IMG/VR virus record: IMGVR_UViG_3300013233_000702
DNA: 64,000 bases
Direction: 5' to 3' (one strand)
From: an uncultured virus (IMG/VR IMGVR_UViG_3300013233_000702)
Taxonomy: Duplodnaviria; Heunggongvirae; Uroviricota; Caudoviricetes
Shown one piece after another: positions 8,536 through 18,343 of this stretch. The position numbers and the translations under genes are program-made. The number at the start of each line of letters is the position of its first letter. The stretch's first letter is position 1. The notes below the pieces were generated by a model. That model was not told where the DNA came from. It ran no database searches and worked only from the letters and a program-made list of their open reading frames with translations.

Positions 8536-9012
8536 TCAACGCCCCCGCAGGCACGGCTCCTTCCACTTCTTCCCCAGGAGCTCATAGATCCGCTCCTCCG
8601 AGCGCGCCTCCAGAAGCCTCCCCTCCCCGTCGAACAGACCATGCTGGTTCAGCAGCCACCCCTTCCGCTTCGCCTTCATCCGGTACGCGATCACGTACCG
8701 CGACGGACCGGTCAGGTAGAAAAGCTGCGCGCCCCACTCATCCTCCGTCCCATGGAACAGGTTCACCTGCTGCCCATCCACCAGGACCGTGGACCGGGAC
8801 GCCCCCGCCTCCACGACCTCCCCCAGGAGGGGGGCCAGCGTCAGAAGGTCCCCCTCCACGAGCAGATCGACGTCACCGATGAGTTGCTCGCCCCGGAGCA
8901 GGCTCCCGACCACCTGCACCCGCGCAGCCCCGGCATTCCTAAGCCTGCCAGTCAGTCGTTCCGCGAGCTGCACCGCCTGCTGCCTCGACATCTGCACCTT
9001 GTGACTGATCAT
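8536..9012 (-). CDS. minimal family X DNA polymerase-like nucleotidyltransferase
   Basis: GSLLRG...GDVDLL, YLTGP, LNQHGLF, EERIYELLG motifs; about 158 aa. Confidence 0.85.
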   Translation of the reverse strand: MISHKVQMSRQQAVQLAERLTGRLRNAGAARVQVVGSLLRGEQLIGDVDLLVEGDLLTLAPLLGEVVEAGASRSTVLVDGQQVNLFHGTEDEWGAQLFYLTGPSRYVIAYRMKAKRKGWLLNQHGLFDGEGRLLEARSEERIYELLGKKWKEPCLRGR

Positions 9013-9550
9013 TGTTCCCCTTTCCTTGGTGTCTGCCCACGGCCTCGGCCGCGACCGCAGCCTTCTTCTGCAGGAAATGGCCGCGCACCGCCTCGACCGC
9101 GACTGCCTTCGCCTCCTTATTGGTCGCGATGATGTTCCACAGGCCGCTCTCGACCTGCAGAGCCGTGATGGACGCGTCCGGCAACCACTTCTCTGGAACG
9201 AGCCTAATCTCCTCCGGATAGCACCTGCACGCCGCCACGTAGACCTCCTTCGTCCGAAGCTCCTCCTTGACGTGTCTGAGAACCAGACGCGACTGCTGGA
9301 CCGCCCAGATGACATCCTCTTCCCTGGTCAGGAAAGTAGCTGCCTGCGGCGCATTCCCGACGATGGCCAGTGCGATGTTCTTGGTGAACCCGTTCACGTC
9401 GATCATGTACAGATAATGATCAAACTTCCCGTCGATGAGCTTCCTGAGAAGCGTACTCGTCTGCTGCCTCCCAATCCTCTTCGGGAGGACCGGTCGGAGC
9501 GCATCGATCAGCGTCGTGATCTCCTCCTCGTTCAACCCAGACAGGTCCAT
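8939..9550 (-). CDS. divergent DUF4116-like family member
   Basis: MDLSGLNEEEI N-terminus; degenerate repeats. Confidence 0.75.
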   Translation of the reverse strand: MDLSGLNEEEITTLIDALRPVLPKRIGRQQTSTLLRKLIDGKFDHYLYMIDVNGFTKNIALAIVGNAPQAATFLTREEDVIWAVQQSRLVLRHVKEELRTKEVYVAACRCYPEEIRLVPEKWLPDASITALQVESGLWNIIATNKEAKAVAVEAVRGHFLQKKAAVAAEAVGRHQGKGNNDQSQGADVEAAGGAARGTTDWQA

Positions 9551-9599
9551 GTCATCTCCTTTCAGGCGGGCGTCAGGCGGGCGGCCCCTTACCAATCAA

Positions 9600-10157
9600 T
9601 TAGGAAGTCCCTATGAAACCTCCTTGAAATCTTGAAGGCAAGCTTGCTGTAAGCCTCCTTGAAATCTTGAAGGCAAGCTTGCTGTAAGCCTTCCAGGTCT
9701 TACGCTTCCTTGAGAGGAACTCAAGACTGAACATCAAGCCATACAGCGCGCTTGCCTCTGCATAGAAGTTCTCACTCCGGGCGTACAGCCTCTCCAGGCG
9801 AGACTTCGCACTCTCCACGACCTCGACCTCGCAGGCATCCATGCCGACCACTCTGATCACATGGCTGCCCTTGAAGATCTTGTTGGCGATCTCACGGACC
9901 TTCTTCGTTCCCCTCCGCTTCAGGCCGTCCCTGAGGCGCCAGGTGTACACGACCTCCGACCTGCGGACATCCGTCCTCACGAGCCTGACCGTGACATACC
10001 TGTTTCCAGTCTCCGGAGCGCGCGGGACCGGCGGCTTCTCCTTGCACCTCTTGAGCTCGATCTCATACTCACGGTCCGCGTCCGCCCAGGCCTTCCTGAT
10101 CCTGGTGATCTCGCTCTCGAAGTCCTTCTTGATGCTCTTGATTTTGCTGCTCTCCAT
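9600..10157 (-). CDS. hypothetical basic protein
   Basis: AAGGAGG RBS; 35-bp tandem duplication 9619-9688 at the 3' end. Confidence 0.7.
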   Translation of the reverse strand: MESSKIKSIKKDFESEITRIRKAWADADREYEIELKRCKEKPPVPRAPETGNRYVTVRLVRTDVRRSEVVYTWRLRDGLKRRGTKKVREIANKIFKGSHVIRVVGMDACEVEVVESAKSRLERLYARSENFYAEASALYGLMFSLEFLSRKRKTWKAYSKLAFKISRRLTASLPSRFQGGFIGTS

Positions 10158-10175
10158 GTTGCCTCCTTTCGCGTC

Positions 10176-10607
10176 CTAACTCAGGCGCATCAACAGAAAC
10201 TTGCCCCTAAACGGAACCAGCTTGAACCTCCCGAGACCGTTCAACGTCAGCTTCAACCCCCGCGTCCCCTCGCACGAGCACTCGCCATGCGCCACCAGAT
10301 CCACCCGCCCAGCCCCGTACCCCTCCTCGATCTCCCCCGAGAAGGTCAGGTACTCGAACGGGTGGTCCTCCACCGGGATGGTCAAGAGCCGCTCCCCGGG
10401 CTCCGGGAGCCTCGCCTTCGGGATGACCCAGGAGCGCAGGACCGAGCGCGGCCCCTCCGGGACCGGTCTTGGCTCCGGGCTGGTCTCGAAGTGTCTCTTT
10501 GCAACGTAGCAGCCCAGGGCGTCCGGATCCCCCGGCATCTCGACCCGGAGGTCCCAGTGCTTGCCGGCGCGCTTGGCGTGGTGCTCCTGAATGCAGAACA
10601 TCGGCAT
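10176..10607 (-). CDS. stand-alone LigD-type 3'-phosphoesterase domain
   Basis: IQEHHA...HWDLRVE, LRSWVIPK, VEDHPFEY, GYGAG motifs. Confidence 0.88.
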   Translation of the reverse strand: MPMFCIQEHHAKRAGKHWDLRVEMPGDPDALGCYVAKRHFETSPEPRPVPEGPRSVLRSWVIPKARLPEPGERLLTIPVEDHPFEYLTFSGEIEEGYGAGRVDLVAHGECSCEGTRGLKLTLNGLGRFKLVPFRGKFLLMRLS

Positions 10608-11567
10608 TTGTCTTCTCCTTTCTCATGGGGTGCGGCTAGCTGCACGGCGTGGAGGAGGTGGGTTCCTCAGAGGGCTTGGCTCTTATATGGAAAGGTCCTT
10701 GCTCCTTTTTGGCTCGTTCGACCCTGGGCTTGCGCTTGCCGACGCCCGTAAGGCCAGGGCATAGCCGTCCTGCTTGACTGCTTGGAGAACAAGTTCCGGG
10801 GTCTGGTTCAGGACGTACTTGAGGGCGCGGCCGTTCTGTTTGACTGCTGCCGTGCATAGTTCGGGGGTCTGTTTTTTGACGAGGTAGATGGCGAAGCCGT
10901 TTTGTTTTACTGCTGCCAGGCAGATGTCGTGGGTCTGGTTCAGGACGTGCTTGAGGGTGCTGCCGTCCTGTGTTACTGCTGCCAGGCAGATGTCGTGGGT
11001 CTGGTTCAGGACGTGCTCGAGGGCGCTGCCGTTCTGCTTGACTGCTTGGAGGCATAGTTCGGGGGTTTGTTCCTTGATGTATTCGAGGGCGAGGCTCAGG
11101 TATTGGTTTAGCTTGCCCTCGGTGAGTTGCTCTAGGATTTCTGTCCTTGTTCGGTATGTCGGTTGGGTTTTCTGTAGGGCGGTGAGTAGGTCTTCGATCT
11201 CTTTCCTTGTTAGTCTTGTGAGGTCCATGAGTGGTTCTCCAGTCTGGGTTCTTGCAGCCGGGCCATATGGCCCGCTCGCCGCTGGCTCGATCAGTCGACG
11301 ACCGCTTCTCCGAGCTTCCTGCTGAGACTCTAAGAGGTGCCTAAAAAGAATTTTACAGGACCGATCAAGGCCTTCGCTGCGGCCTGTTCCGCGTCTGGAC
11401 GGAACCTGGTGAGCCAGGTTATCGTTTCGATCCGGACTTCCTCGCCCCCTTCCGTCAACATGTGCTTGCCGGCGCGCTTGGCGTGGTGCTCCTGAATGCA
11501 GAACATCGGCATTTGTCTTCTCCTTTCTCATGGGGTGCGGCTAGCTGCACGGCGTGGAGGAGGTGGG
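10557..11567. repeat. 106-bp exact direct repeat (10557-10662 and 11462-11567)
   Basis: Identical sequence at offset 905, covering the phosphoesterase RBS and first codons. Confidence 0.9.
10683..11228 (-). CDS. DUF4116-like repeat protein (A/C-rich subfamily)
   Basis: MDLTRLTRKEIEDLL; about 5 repeats. Confidence 0.85.
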   Translation of the reverse strand: MDLTRLTRKEIEDLLTALQKTQPTYRTRTEILEQLTEGKLNQYLSLALEYIKEQTPELCLQAVKQNGSALEHVLNQTHDICLAAVTQDGSTLKHVLNQTHDICLAAVKQNGFAIYLVKKQTPELCTAAVKQNGRALKYVLNQTPELVLQAVKQDGYALALRASASASPGSNEPKRSKDLSI

Positions 11568-11964
11568 CACGCCGTGCAGCCGGGACCACATGGCCCACTC
11601 GCCGCTGGCTTGTTCCTACTTGTCTCTGAAGTGTTGCGGCAGGATGCCCTCACACCGCTCGAACGTGGAGCCCCGGTACAGCTGCTGTAGGGCGGACGCC
11701 AGCCTCGCATGGAACGAGCATCCGACGAACCTGTACGGCCCGGCCCCCAGATCGACAGCCCGCTCACGAGGGGTCTCTCATGATGAGTCATGGTGAAGTA
11801 GGCGTTCTCGATCCGTGTCATTCGACCTCCTCCGGTTCGAAGCAATGCCTTCTCGCTGACCTGAGCCATGGATATCTCCTTCTCTTGAGGTGAGCGCGTC
11901 CGAGCGGCCCGCGCCGCCCGGCGCCGCCCCCGTGGCGGGCCGCTTGATCCCGCGCAAGACCACC

Positions 11965-12205
11965 AAGCAGATCTCAGGCATCCGCCGCCATACAGAGCTC
12001 CGGCGTCCGCTTCTTCACGAACCGCAGGGCCCGGCCATCCTGCTTCACAGCCGCCATGCAGATGTTCTCAGTCTGTTCCCCATCAAGGAGGGCATAGAGA
12101 AGAATGTTCTTCTTGACGAGATCGACCTTACCCTCACTAAGATGCTCCATGATGGTCTGGTCACGCCATTTCGGACGAATCCTGCGGGGCTCACCTCCTC
12201 AGTAA
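11965..12205 (-). pseudogene. decayed DUF4116-like gene
   Basis: Nucleotide similarity to the 5' part of 12258-12872, but frame is broken. Confidence 0.6.
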
Positions 12206-12257
12206 ATCGGCTCCTCTGCACCGCGCGCAGAAACATCAGCATGGAAAGTGCTCGCAC

Positions 12258-12872
12258 TTAACACGCACCTGGCCCGCCCCTTACGTGCCTCACCGCCTCC
12301 GGGCAGACCTGCTCCCTCACGAACTTGAGAGCCAGTCTATCCTGCTTCACCGCCTCCAGGCAGATCTCGGGGGTTTGCTCCTTCACGGAGCCAAGAGCAT
12401 AACCATCCTGCTTCACCGCCTCCATGCAGATCTCGGGGGTCTGCTCCCTCACATACTGAAGAACCATCCCATTCTGCTTCACCGCCGCCAGACAGATCTC
12501 GGGGGTCTGCTCCTTAACGAACTCAAGAGCCAATCCATTCTGCCTCACCGCCTCCAGGCAGAGCTCCGGCGTCTGCTCCCTAAGGTACCCGATGGCCTCA
12601 CCATCCTGCTTCACCGCTTCCAAGCAGATCTCCTCGGTCTGCTCCTTCACGTGCTCCAGTGCCAGGCCATCCTGCTTCACAGCCGCCAGGCAGATGTTCT
12701 CAGTCTGCTCCCCAACAAGGAGGACATAGAGAAGAACATTCTTCTTGACGAGATCGATCTTCCCCGCGCCAAGGTGCTTCAGGATAGTCTGGTCACTCCA
12801 CTTCGGATGGATTCGACGTACAGCGGAGATCAGCGTCCTGATCTCTTCCTCGTTCAACCTAGACAGATCCAT
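12258..12872 (-). CDS. DUF4116-like repeat protein
   Basis: MDLSRLNEEEI; about 6 repeats. Confidence 0.88.
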   Translation of the reverse strand: MDLSRLNEEEIRTLISAVRRIHPKWSDQTILKHLGAGKIDLVKKNVLLYVLLVGEQTENICLAAVKQDGLALEHVKEQTEEICLEAVKQDGEAIGYLREQTPELCLEAVRQNGLALEFVKEQTPEICLAAVKQNGMVLQYVREQTPEICMEAVKQDGYALGSVKEQTPEICLEAVKQDRLALKFVREQVCPEAVRHVRGGPGAC

Positions 12873-13000
12873 GCCTCACCTCCTCCCGCGCACAAGAACA
12901 TTCCAACATGGAAACCCAAAAGCTGAGGCCCACCCATTGCCTGGCTGTCTCAGGCGAGCAGATGCTTCGACGAGATCAACACTACCAGCAGCGGGATGTC

Positions 13001-13885
13001 TCAATGTCCTTGATCTCCTACGCAAGGTGTTCCTTTTTTCCTCCAGCGCAGAAACCTCCAGCATGGGCGACCCTTGAACTGCTCCCTCTGCTTCACCGCC
13101 GCCTGATGGATCTCCGGCGTCTGCTCCTTCACGAACTGGAAGGCAGTCCCATCCTGCTTTACCGCCGCCAGGCAGATCTCCGGCGTCTGCTCCTTAACGA
13201 ACTCAAGAGCCAATCCATTCTGCCTCACCGCCTCCAGGCAGAGCTCCGGCGTCTGCTCCCTAAGGCACCCGATGGCCTCACCATCCTGTCTCACCGCCGC
13301 CAGGCAGAGCTCCGGCGTCTGCTCATCAATGGCAGAGATGGCAGAACCATCCTGTTGAACCGCCGCCATACAGACCTCCGGCGTCTTGTCCCTGATGAGA
13401 CGAATGTTTTTCCCGACATGCCGTACGGCCTCCAGACAGAGCTCCCGAGTCTGCTCCTCCACGCACCCAATGGCAAAACTGGCACGCTTCACGGCCTCCA
13501 TGCAGATCTCGGGGGTCTGCTCCTTCACGAACCGCAGGGCACCCCCATCCTGCTTCACCGCCGCCAGACAGATCTCTGGTGTCTGCTCCTCAACGAACTG
13601 GAGAGCCATCCCATCCTGTCTCACCGCCGCCAGGCAGAGCTCGGGGGTCTGCTCCTTCACGTGCCACAGGGCCTTCCCGCTCTGACGAACTGCTGCTAGA
13701 CAGATCGCTTCGGTCTGCTCCCCGACGATGAGCACATGTAGTAGAAGACCCATGTGCACGAACTCATCACCGTCCTTCTGGATGAAGTCACTGAGGATCG
13801 TCTCAGCGTCCTCGTCGATCATGACCCTCCTTGCCGCACTGATCAGCGTCCTGACCTCCACCTCGTTCAACCCCGTGATGTCCAT
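13001..13885 (-). CDS. DUF4116-like repeat protein
   Basis: MDITGLNEVEV; about 9-10 repeats. Confidence 0.88.
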   Translation of the reverse strand: MDITGLNEVEVRTLISAARRVMIDEDAETILSDFIQKDGDEFVHMGLLLHVLIVGEQTEAICLAAVRQSGKALWHVKEQTPELCLAAVRQDGMALQFVEEQTPEICLAAVKQDGGALRFVKEQTPEICMEAVKRASFAIGCVEEQTRELCLEAVRHVGKNIRLIRDKTPEVCMAAVQQDGSAISAIDEQTPELCLAAVRQDGEAIGCLREQTPELCLEAVRQNGLALEFVKEQTPEICLAAVKQDGTAFQFVKEQTPEIHQAAVKQREQFKGRPCWRFLRWRKKGTPCVGDQGH

Positions 13886-13888
13886 GAC

Positions 13889-14779
13889 TCACCTCCTCTC
13901 GCGCACAAGAACTGCTCCCTCTACCGCCAGACAGAGCTCCGGCGTCTGCTCCTTCACGAACTGGAGGGCATCCCCATTCTGCTTGACCGCCTCCATGCAG
14001 ATCTCGGGGGTCTGCTCCTTCACGAATGGGAGAGCCCGGCCATCCTGCTTTACCGCCTCCAGGCAGACCTCTGGGGTCTTTTTCTTGACATAATAGAGGG
14101 CACTACCACCCTGCCTCACCGCCGCCAGACAGAGCTCGGGGGTCTGCTCCTTCACGTACTGGAGGGCATCCCCATTCTGCTTGACCGCCTCCATGCAGAT
14201 CTCGGGGGTCTGCTCCTTCACGAACATGAGAGCCGCGCCATTCTGCTGAACCGCCTCCAGGCAGACCTCTGGGGTCTTTTTCTTGACATAATAGAGGGCA
14301 CTACCATCCTGTCTCACCGCCGCCAGGCAGAGCTCCGGCGTCTGCTCCCTCACATACTGAAGCGCCCCACCGCTCTGCCTGACTGCTGCCATACAGACTT
14401 CTGGAGTCCGATCCTTGACGTGCTGCAGAACGTAGCCATTCTGCTTGACCACCTCCAGACACATATCCGGGGTCTGCCTCCGCACATACCGTAAGGCCCT
14501 GAGGCTCCGCCTCAGGGCCTCCATGCAGATCTCCGGCGTCTGCTCCCTCACGTGCTGCAGGGTCCAACCATTCTCCTTTACCGCCGCCAGACAGATCCTC
14601 TCGGTCTGCTCGCCAACGAGCAGTACGTAAAGGAGAATGTTCAACCCATAGAGGTCAATCTTACCCTCAACGAGCTTATTTAGGATAATACTTTCTCTCC
14701 ACCTCGAGCATTTGTCCGTCGACTTCACCGCCTTGACCAGCGTCCTGACCTCCTCCTCGTTCAACCCAGACAGGTCCAT
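13889..14779 (-). CDS. DUF4116-like repeat protein
   Basis: MDLSGLNEEEV; about 10 repeats with an internal 3-repeat duplication. Confidence 0.88.
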   Translation of the reverse strand: MDLSGLNEEEVRTLVKAVKSTDKCSRWRESIILNKLVEGKIDLYGLNILLYVLLVGEQTERICLAAVKENGWTLQHVREQTPEICMEALRRSLRALRYVRRQTPDMCLEVVKQNGYVLQHVKDRTPEVCMAAVRQSGGALQYVREQTPELCLAAVRQDGSALYYVKKKTPEVCLEAVQQNGAALMFVKEQTPEICMEAVKQNGDALQYVKEQTPELCLAAVRQGGSALYYVKKKTPEVCLEAVKQDGRALPFVKEQTPEICMEAVKQNGDALQFVKEQTPELCLAVEGAVLVRERR

Positions 14780-14944
14780 CCTCACCTCCTATCCACAAGG
14801 TTCTTCCATCGAAGGGCAACCCAGACAGGTCCATCCCTCACCTCCATCCTCTGCTTCTTATGCGAGCCAGGATCTGAACAACCGGGCGGCGGGCCGCCCC
14901 GCGCCGCCGCCCCCGTGGCGGGCCGCTTGATCCCGCGCAAGATG

Positions 14945-15320
14945 CCACAGGCGCAGCTCATAAATCCTTGTAAGATATCAGTCAGGACCGTTCTGGAAAC
15001 TTGTATCGCGGGCACGAATTCACAATGTGCGTGATATGCACATTGTGGTTTATAGATATTAAAGAGCACCTTAAAGACATATCTTACCCTAACGAGACTT
15101 TAAGAGGACCCTAAAAGGAATTTTAAAGGACCCTAAGAGACCCTAACAAAATATCTCTGATATATCAGAGAATCTGTATCTTGCATCGGAGATACCTCGG
15201 AAGGCCAGGAAGATACAGCTCCGACGCGGGGTGAAATTCGAGGGCTCATGAGCGGTCTGACTCTCTCCCGTGCCCATTGCCCTATGTGCATACTTGACAC
15301 TTGGGATCAATAATTCCCAT
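14945..15320. other. AT-rich non-coding island, candidate origin
   Basis: Low GC; ACCCTAA x4; perfect 18-bp palindrome 15154-15171. Confidence 0.45.
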
Positions 15321-15436
15321 TCTCCTTTAATAATTTCCCATTTCCTGGTCTGAAGGGTAGGTCTCCTATCCCCTTCCTGGTTAGGTGTGTCCTACTTGAG
15401 TTTTTAAGAAAGAAACTCAAGTATGGGGGTCCTTGA

Positions 15437-16324
15437 TCACTCTTCTCGCGGTTTAGAGGGCCGGAGTCTGCTCCTAGATGCTTTATCGCCATCGGGTCCT
15501 AGCACCCTGGCCCGTACGTAAAGGAGAATGTTCAACCCATAGAGGTCAATCTTACCCTCAACGAGCTTATTTAGGATAGTACTTTCTCTCCACCTCGAGC
15601 ACTTGGCCGTCGACTTCACCGCCTTGACCAGCGTCCTGACCTCCTCCTCATTCAGCCTAGACAGGTCCCTCACGTGCCTCACCGCCTCTAGGCAGATGTT
15701 CTCGGTCTGCTCCTTCACGAACTGTAATGCCCAGCTATTCTGCTTGACCGCCTCCAGGCAGAGCCTCTCGGTCTGCTCCTTCACGAACTGTAGTGCTCGG
15801 CCATTCTGCTTGACCGCCTCCATGCAGATCTCGGGGGTCTGCTCCTTCACGAACTCGAGAGTCAGGCCATTCTGCTTGATCGCCTCCAGGCGGATCTCCT
15901 CAGTCTGTTCCCCGAGGTAGTGAAGGGCAAATCCGTTCTTCCTCACCGCCTCTAGGCAGATCTCGGGAGTCTGCTCCTTAACGTGCTGCAGGATCAGACC
16001 ATTCTTCTTGACCGCCTCTAGGCAGAGCCTCTCGGTCTGCTCCTTTACGAATTGGAGTGCCCGGCCGTTCTGCTTGACCGCCTCTAGGCAGATCTCGGGG
16101 GTCTGCTTTTTCACGTTCTGTAGAACGAGCCCGTCCTGCTTAACAGCAGCCATGCACATGTTCTCAGTCTGCTCCCCATCAATGTAGAGAAGAACATTGA
16201 CGAGCTTGATCTTCCCCTCGCCAAGGTGCTTCAGGATAGTCCGGTCATGCCATTTCGGGTTCGTCCTGCGGACGGCTCTGATCAGCGTCTTGATCTCCTC
16301 TTCGTTTAGCCTTGTCAGGTCCAT
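15437..16324 (-). CDS. DUF4116-like repeat protein with a second leader domain fused at the C-terminus
   Basis: About 8 repeats, then DLSRLNEEEVRTLVKAVKS matching the start of 13889-14779. Confidence 0.85.
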   Translation of the reverse strand: MDLTRLNEEEIKTLIRAVRRTNPKWHDRTILKHLGEGKIKLVNVLLYIDGEQTENMCMAAVKQDGLVLQNVKKQTPEICLEAVKQNGRALQFVKEQTERLCLEAVKKNGLILQHVKEQTPEICLEAVRKNGFALHYLGEQTEEIRLEAIKQNGLTLEFVKEQTPEICMEAVKQNGRALQFVKEQTERLCLEAVKQNSWALQFVKEQTENICLEAVRHVRDLSRLNEEEVRTLVKAVKSTAKCSRWRESTILNKLVEGKIDLYGLNILLYVRARVLGPDGDKASRSRLRPSKPREE

Positions 16325-16406
16325 GTCTCGCCTCCTCGGTTGATCGGCTCTTGCCTTGGTGACAGAGCGGGGTGTTTGATCCCGTGCAAGATGTCACATG
16401 GGCAGC

Positions 16407-17003
16407 TCATAAGTGCTCATGTGCCGGGCTGAAGGGTTGGTCTCCTATCTCTTTCCTGGTTAGGGTGTGTCTGTCTTCCTTGAGTTTCTTTCTTAGTGAT
16501 TGGTGTTGGATTGTTTTGTTTGTAGACAGATGGCTTTTTATTAAGGTAGTTGTTTCCTCCATTTGTTCTTTGAGTTTTGGGTTTTTGATGTGTTGGAGGG
16601 TGTGGCCGTTCTGTTTGATGGCTTGTAGGCAGATTTCTTCTGTTTGGTGTTTGACGTAGTAGAGGGCGTGGCCGTTCTGTTTGACTGCTTGTTGGCAGAT
16701 TTCTTCTGTTTGGTGTTGGGCGTGTTTGAGGGCGTGGCCGTTCTGTTTGACTGCTTGTTGGCAGATTTCTTCTGTTTGGTGTTGGGCGTGTTTGAGGGCG
16801 TGGCCGTTCTGTTTGACTGCTTGTTGGCAGATGGCGGGGGTTTGGTTCTTGACGTATTGGAGGGCTTGTCTTAGGAGTGAGGAGTGTTGTCCTTTGATGA
16901 GTTGTTTGAGGATGGTTGTTCTTGGTTGTTTCTGTGGGAGGACTTTCTGTAGGGCTTGTATGAGGTCTTCTATTTCTTCTTTGGTTAGGTTTGTGAGGTC
17001 CAT
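16407..17003 (-). CDS. DUF4116-like repeat protein (A/C-rich subfamily)
   Basis: MDLTNLTKEEIEDL; near-exact 66-bp repeats. Confidence 0.88.
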   Translation of the reverse strand: MDLTNLTKEEIEDLIQALQKVLPQKQPRTTILKQLIKGQHSSLLRQALQYVKNQTPAICQQAVKQNGHALKHAQHQTEEICQQAVKQNGHALKHAQHQTEEICQQAVKQNGHALYYVKHQTEEICLQAIKQNGHTLQHIKNPKLKEQMEETTTLIKSHLSTNKTIQHQSLRKKLKEDRHTLTRKEIGDQPFSPAHEHL

Positions 17004-17746
17004 GCTTCCTCCTTGAGCTCTTGTTCGAGTTTCTTTCTTAGCTTCTTCATTAGTGTTTGGTCTTTGACGTATTGGAGGGATTGTTCGTTCTGTTTGATTG
17101 CTTGTTGGCAGATTTCTGGTGTTTGGTGTTTGACGTATTGGAGGATCAGTCCATCTTGTTTGACTGCTGCGAGGCAGATTTCTTCTGTTTGGTGTTTGAC
17201 GTATTGGAGGGCCCAGCCGTTTTGTTTGATTGCTTGTAGGCAGATGTCGGGGGCCTGGTGTTTGACGAAGTTGAGGGCGAGGCCGGTTTGTTTGACTGCT
17301 TGTTGGCAGAGTCCCGGGGTTTGGTTCTTGACGAAGTGGAGGGCGAGGCCGTCCTGTTTGATTGCTTGTTGGCAGATTTCGGGGGTTTTGTTCTGGACGT
17401 ATTGGAGGGTGTATCCGTCCTGTTTGACTGCTTGGAGGCAGATGTCGTGGGTTTGTTCCTCGATGAAGTGGAGGGCCCAGCCGTCCTTTTTGACTGCTTG
17501 TAGGCAGATGTCGGGGGTTTGGTTCTGGACGTGCTTGATGGCGAGGCCGTTTTCATTGACTGCTGCGAGGCAGATGTTGGTGGTTTGGTTCTTGACGTAT
17601 TGGAGGGCTTGCTTTAGGAGTGAGGAGAGTTGTCCTTTGATGAGTTGTTCTAGGATGGTGGTTCTTGGTTGTTTCTGTGGGAGGACTTTCTGTGTGGCTT
17701 GTATGAGGTCTTCTATTTCTTCTTTGGTTAGGTTTGTGAGGTCCAT
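16985..17746 (-). CDS. DUF4116-like repeat protein (A/C-rich subfamily)
   Basis: MDLTNLTKEEIEDL; about 8 repeats. Confidence 0.88.
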   Translation of the reverse strand: MDLTNLTKEEIEDLIQATQKVLPQKQPRTTILEQLIKGQLSSLLKQALQYVKNQTTNICLAAVNENGLAIKHVQNQTPDICLQAVKKDGWALHFIEEQTHDICLQAVKQDGYTLQYVQNKTPEICQQAIKQDGLALHFVKNQTPGLCQQAVKQTGLALNFVKHQAPDICLQAIKQNGWALQYVKHQTEEICLAAVKQDGLILQYVKHQTPEICQQAIKQNEQSLQYVKDQTLMKKLRKKLEQELKEEAWTSQT

Positions 17747-18342
17747 GCCTCCTCCTTGAGCTCTTGTTTGAGTTTCTTTCTTAGTGTGGGGTCTTTGACG
17801 TATTGGAGGGCGTGTTCATTCTGTTTGACTGCTGTGAGGCAGAGTCCTGGTGTTTGGTGCTTGACGTATTGGAGGGCGTGGCCGTCCTGTTTGACTGCTT
17901 GTTGGCAGATGTCTGGTGTTTGGTTCTTGACGTACCTGAGGGCGTGGCTGTTTTGTTGGACTGCTGCGAGGCAGATGGCCTCTGTTTGGTGTTTGACGTG
18001 TAGGAGGGCGTAGCCGGTTTGTTTGACTGCTTGTTGGCAGATGTCCTCGGTTTGGTGCTGGACGTAGGCGAGGGCGTGGACGTTCTGTTTGATTGCTGCC
18101 AGGCAGGTGTCGGGGGCCTGGTGCTTGACGTGGTAGAGAGCGAGTCCGTTCTGTTTGACTGCTTGGAGGCAGATGGCAGGGGTTTGTCTATAGGCGAGGT
18201 TTTTGAGTGCTTGTCCTAGGTATGAGGATAGCCGTCCTTGGATGAGCTGTTCGAGGGTGGTTATTCTTGGTTGTGGTTTGAGTTTCTGTATGGCTTGGAG
18301 GAGGTCTTCTATTTCGTCCTTGGTTAGGTTTGTGAGGTCCAT
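17728..18342 (-). CDS. DUF4116-like repeat protein (A/C-rich subfamily)
   Basis: MDLTNLTKDEIEDL; about 6 repeats. Confidence 0.88.
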   Translation of the reverse strand: MDLTNLTKDEIEDLLQAIQKLKPQPRITTLEQLIQGRLSSYLGQALKNLAYRQTPAICLQAVKQNGLALYHVKHQAPDTCLAAIKQNVHALAYVQHQTEDICQQAVKQTGYALLHVKHQTEAICLAAVQQNSHALRYVKNQTPDICQQAVKQDGHALQYVKHQTPGLCLTAVKQNEHALQYVKDPTLRKKLKQELKEEAWTSQT

Positions 18343-18343
18343 G

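Noticed and set aside
11910..11958. Sigma54 promoter reading (TGGCGG-N5-TTG) of the GC motif
   Set aside because: It would point away from the genes, and the -12 GC is not conserved among copies
15086..15146. Eukaryotic telomere repeat (CCCTAA)
   Set aside because: Copies are spaced rather than tandem, in a prokaryotic gene context
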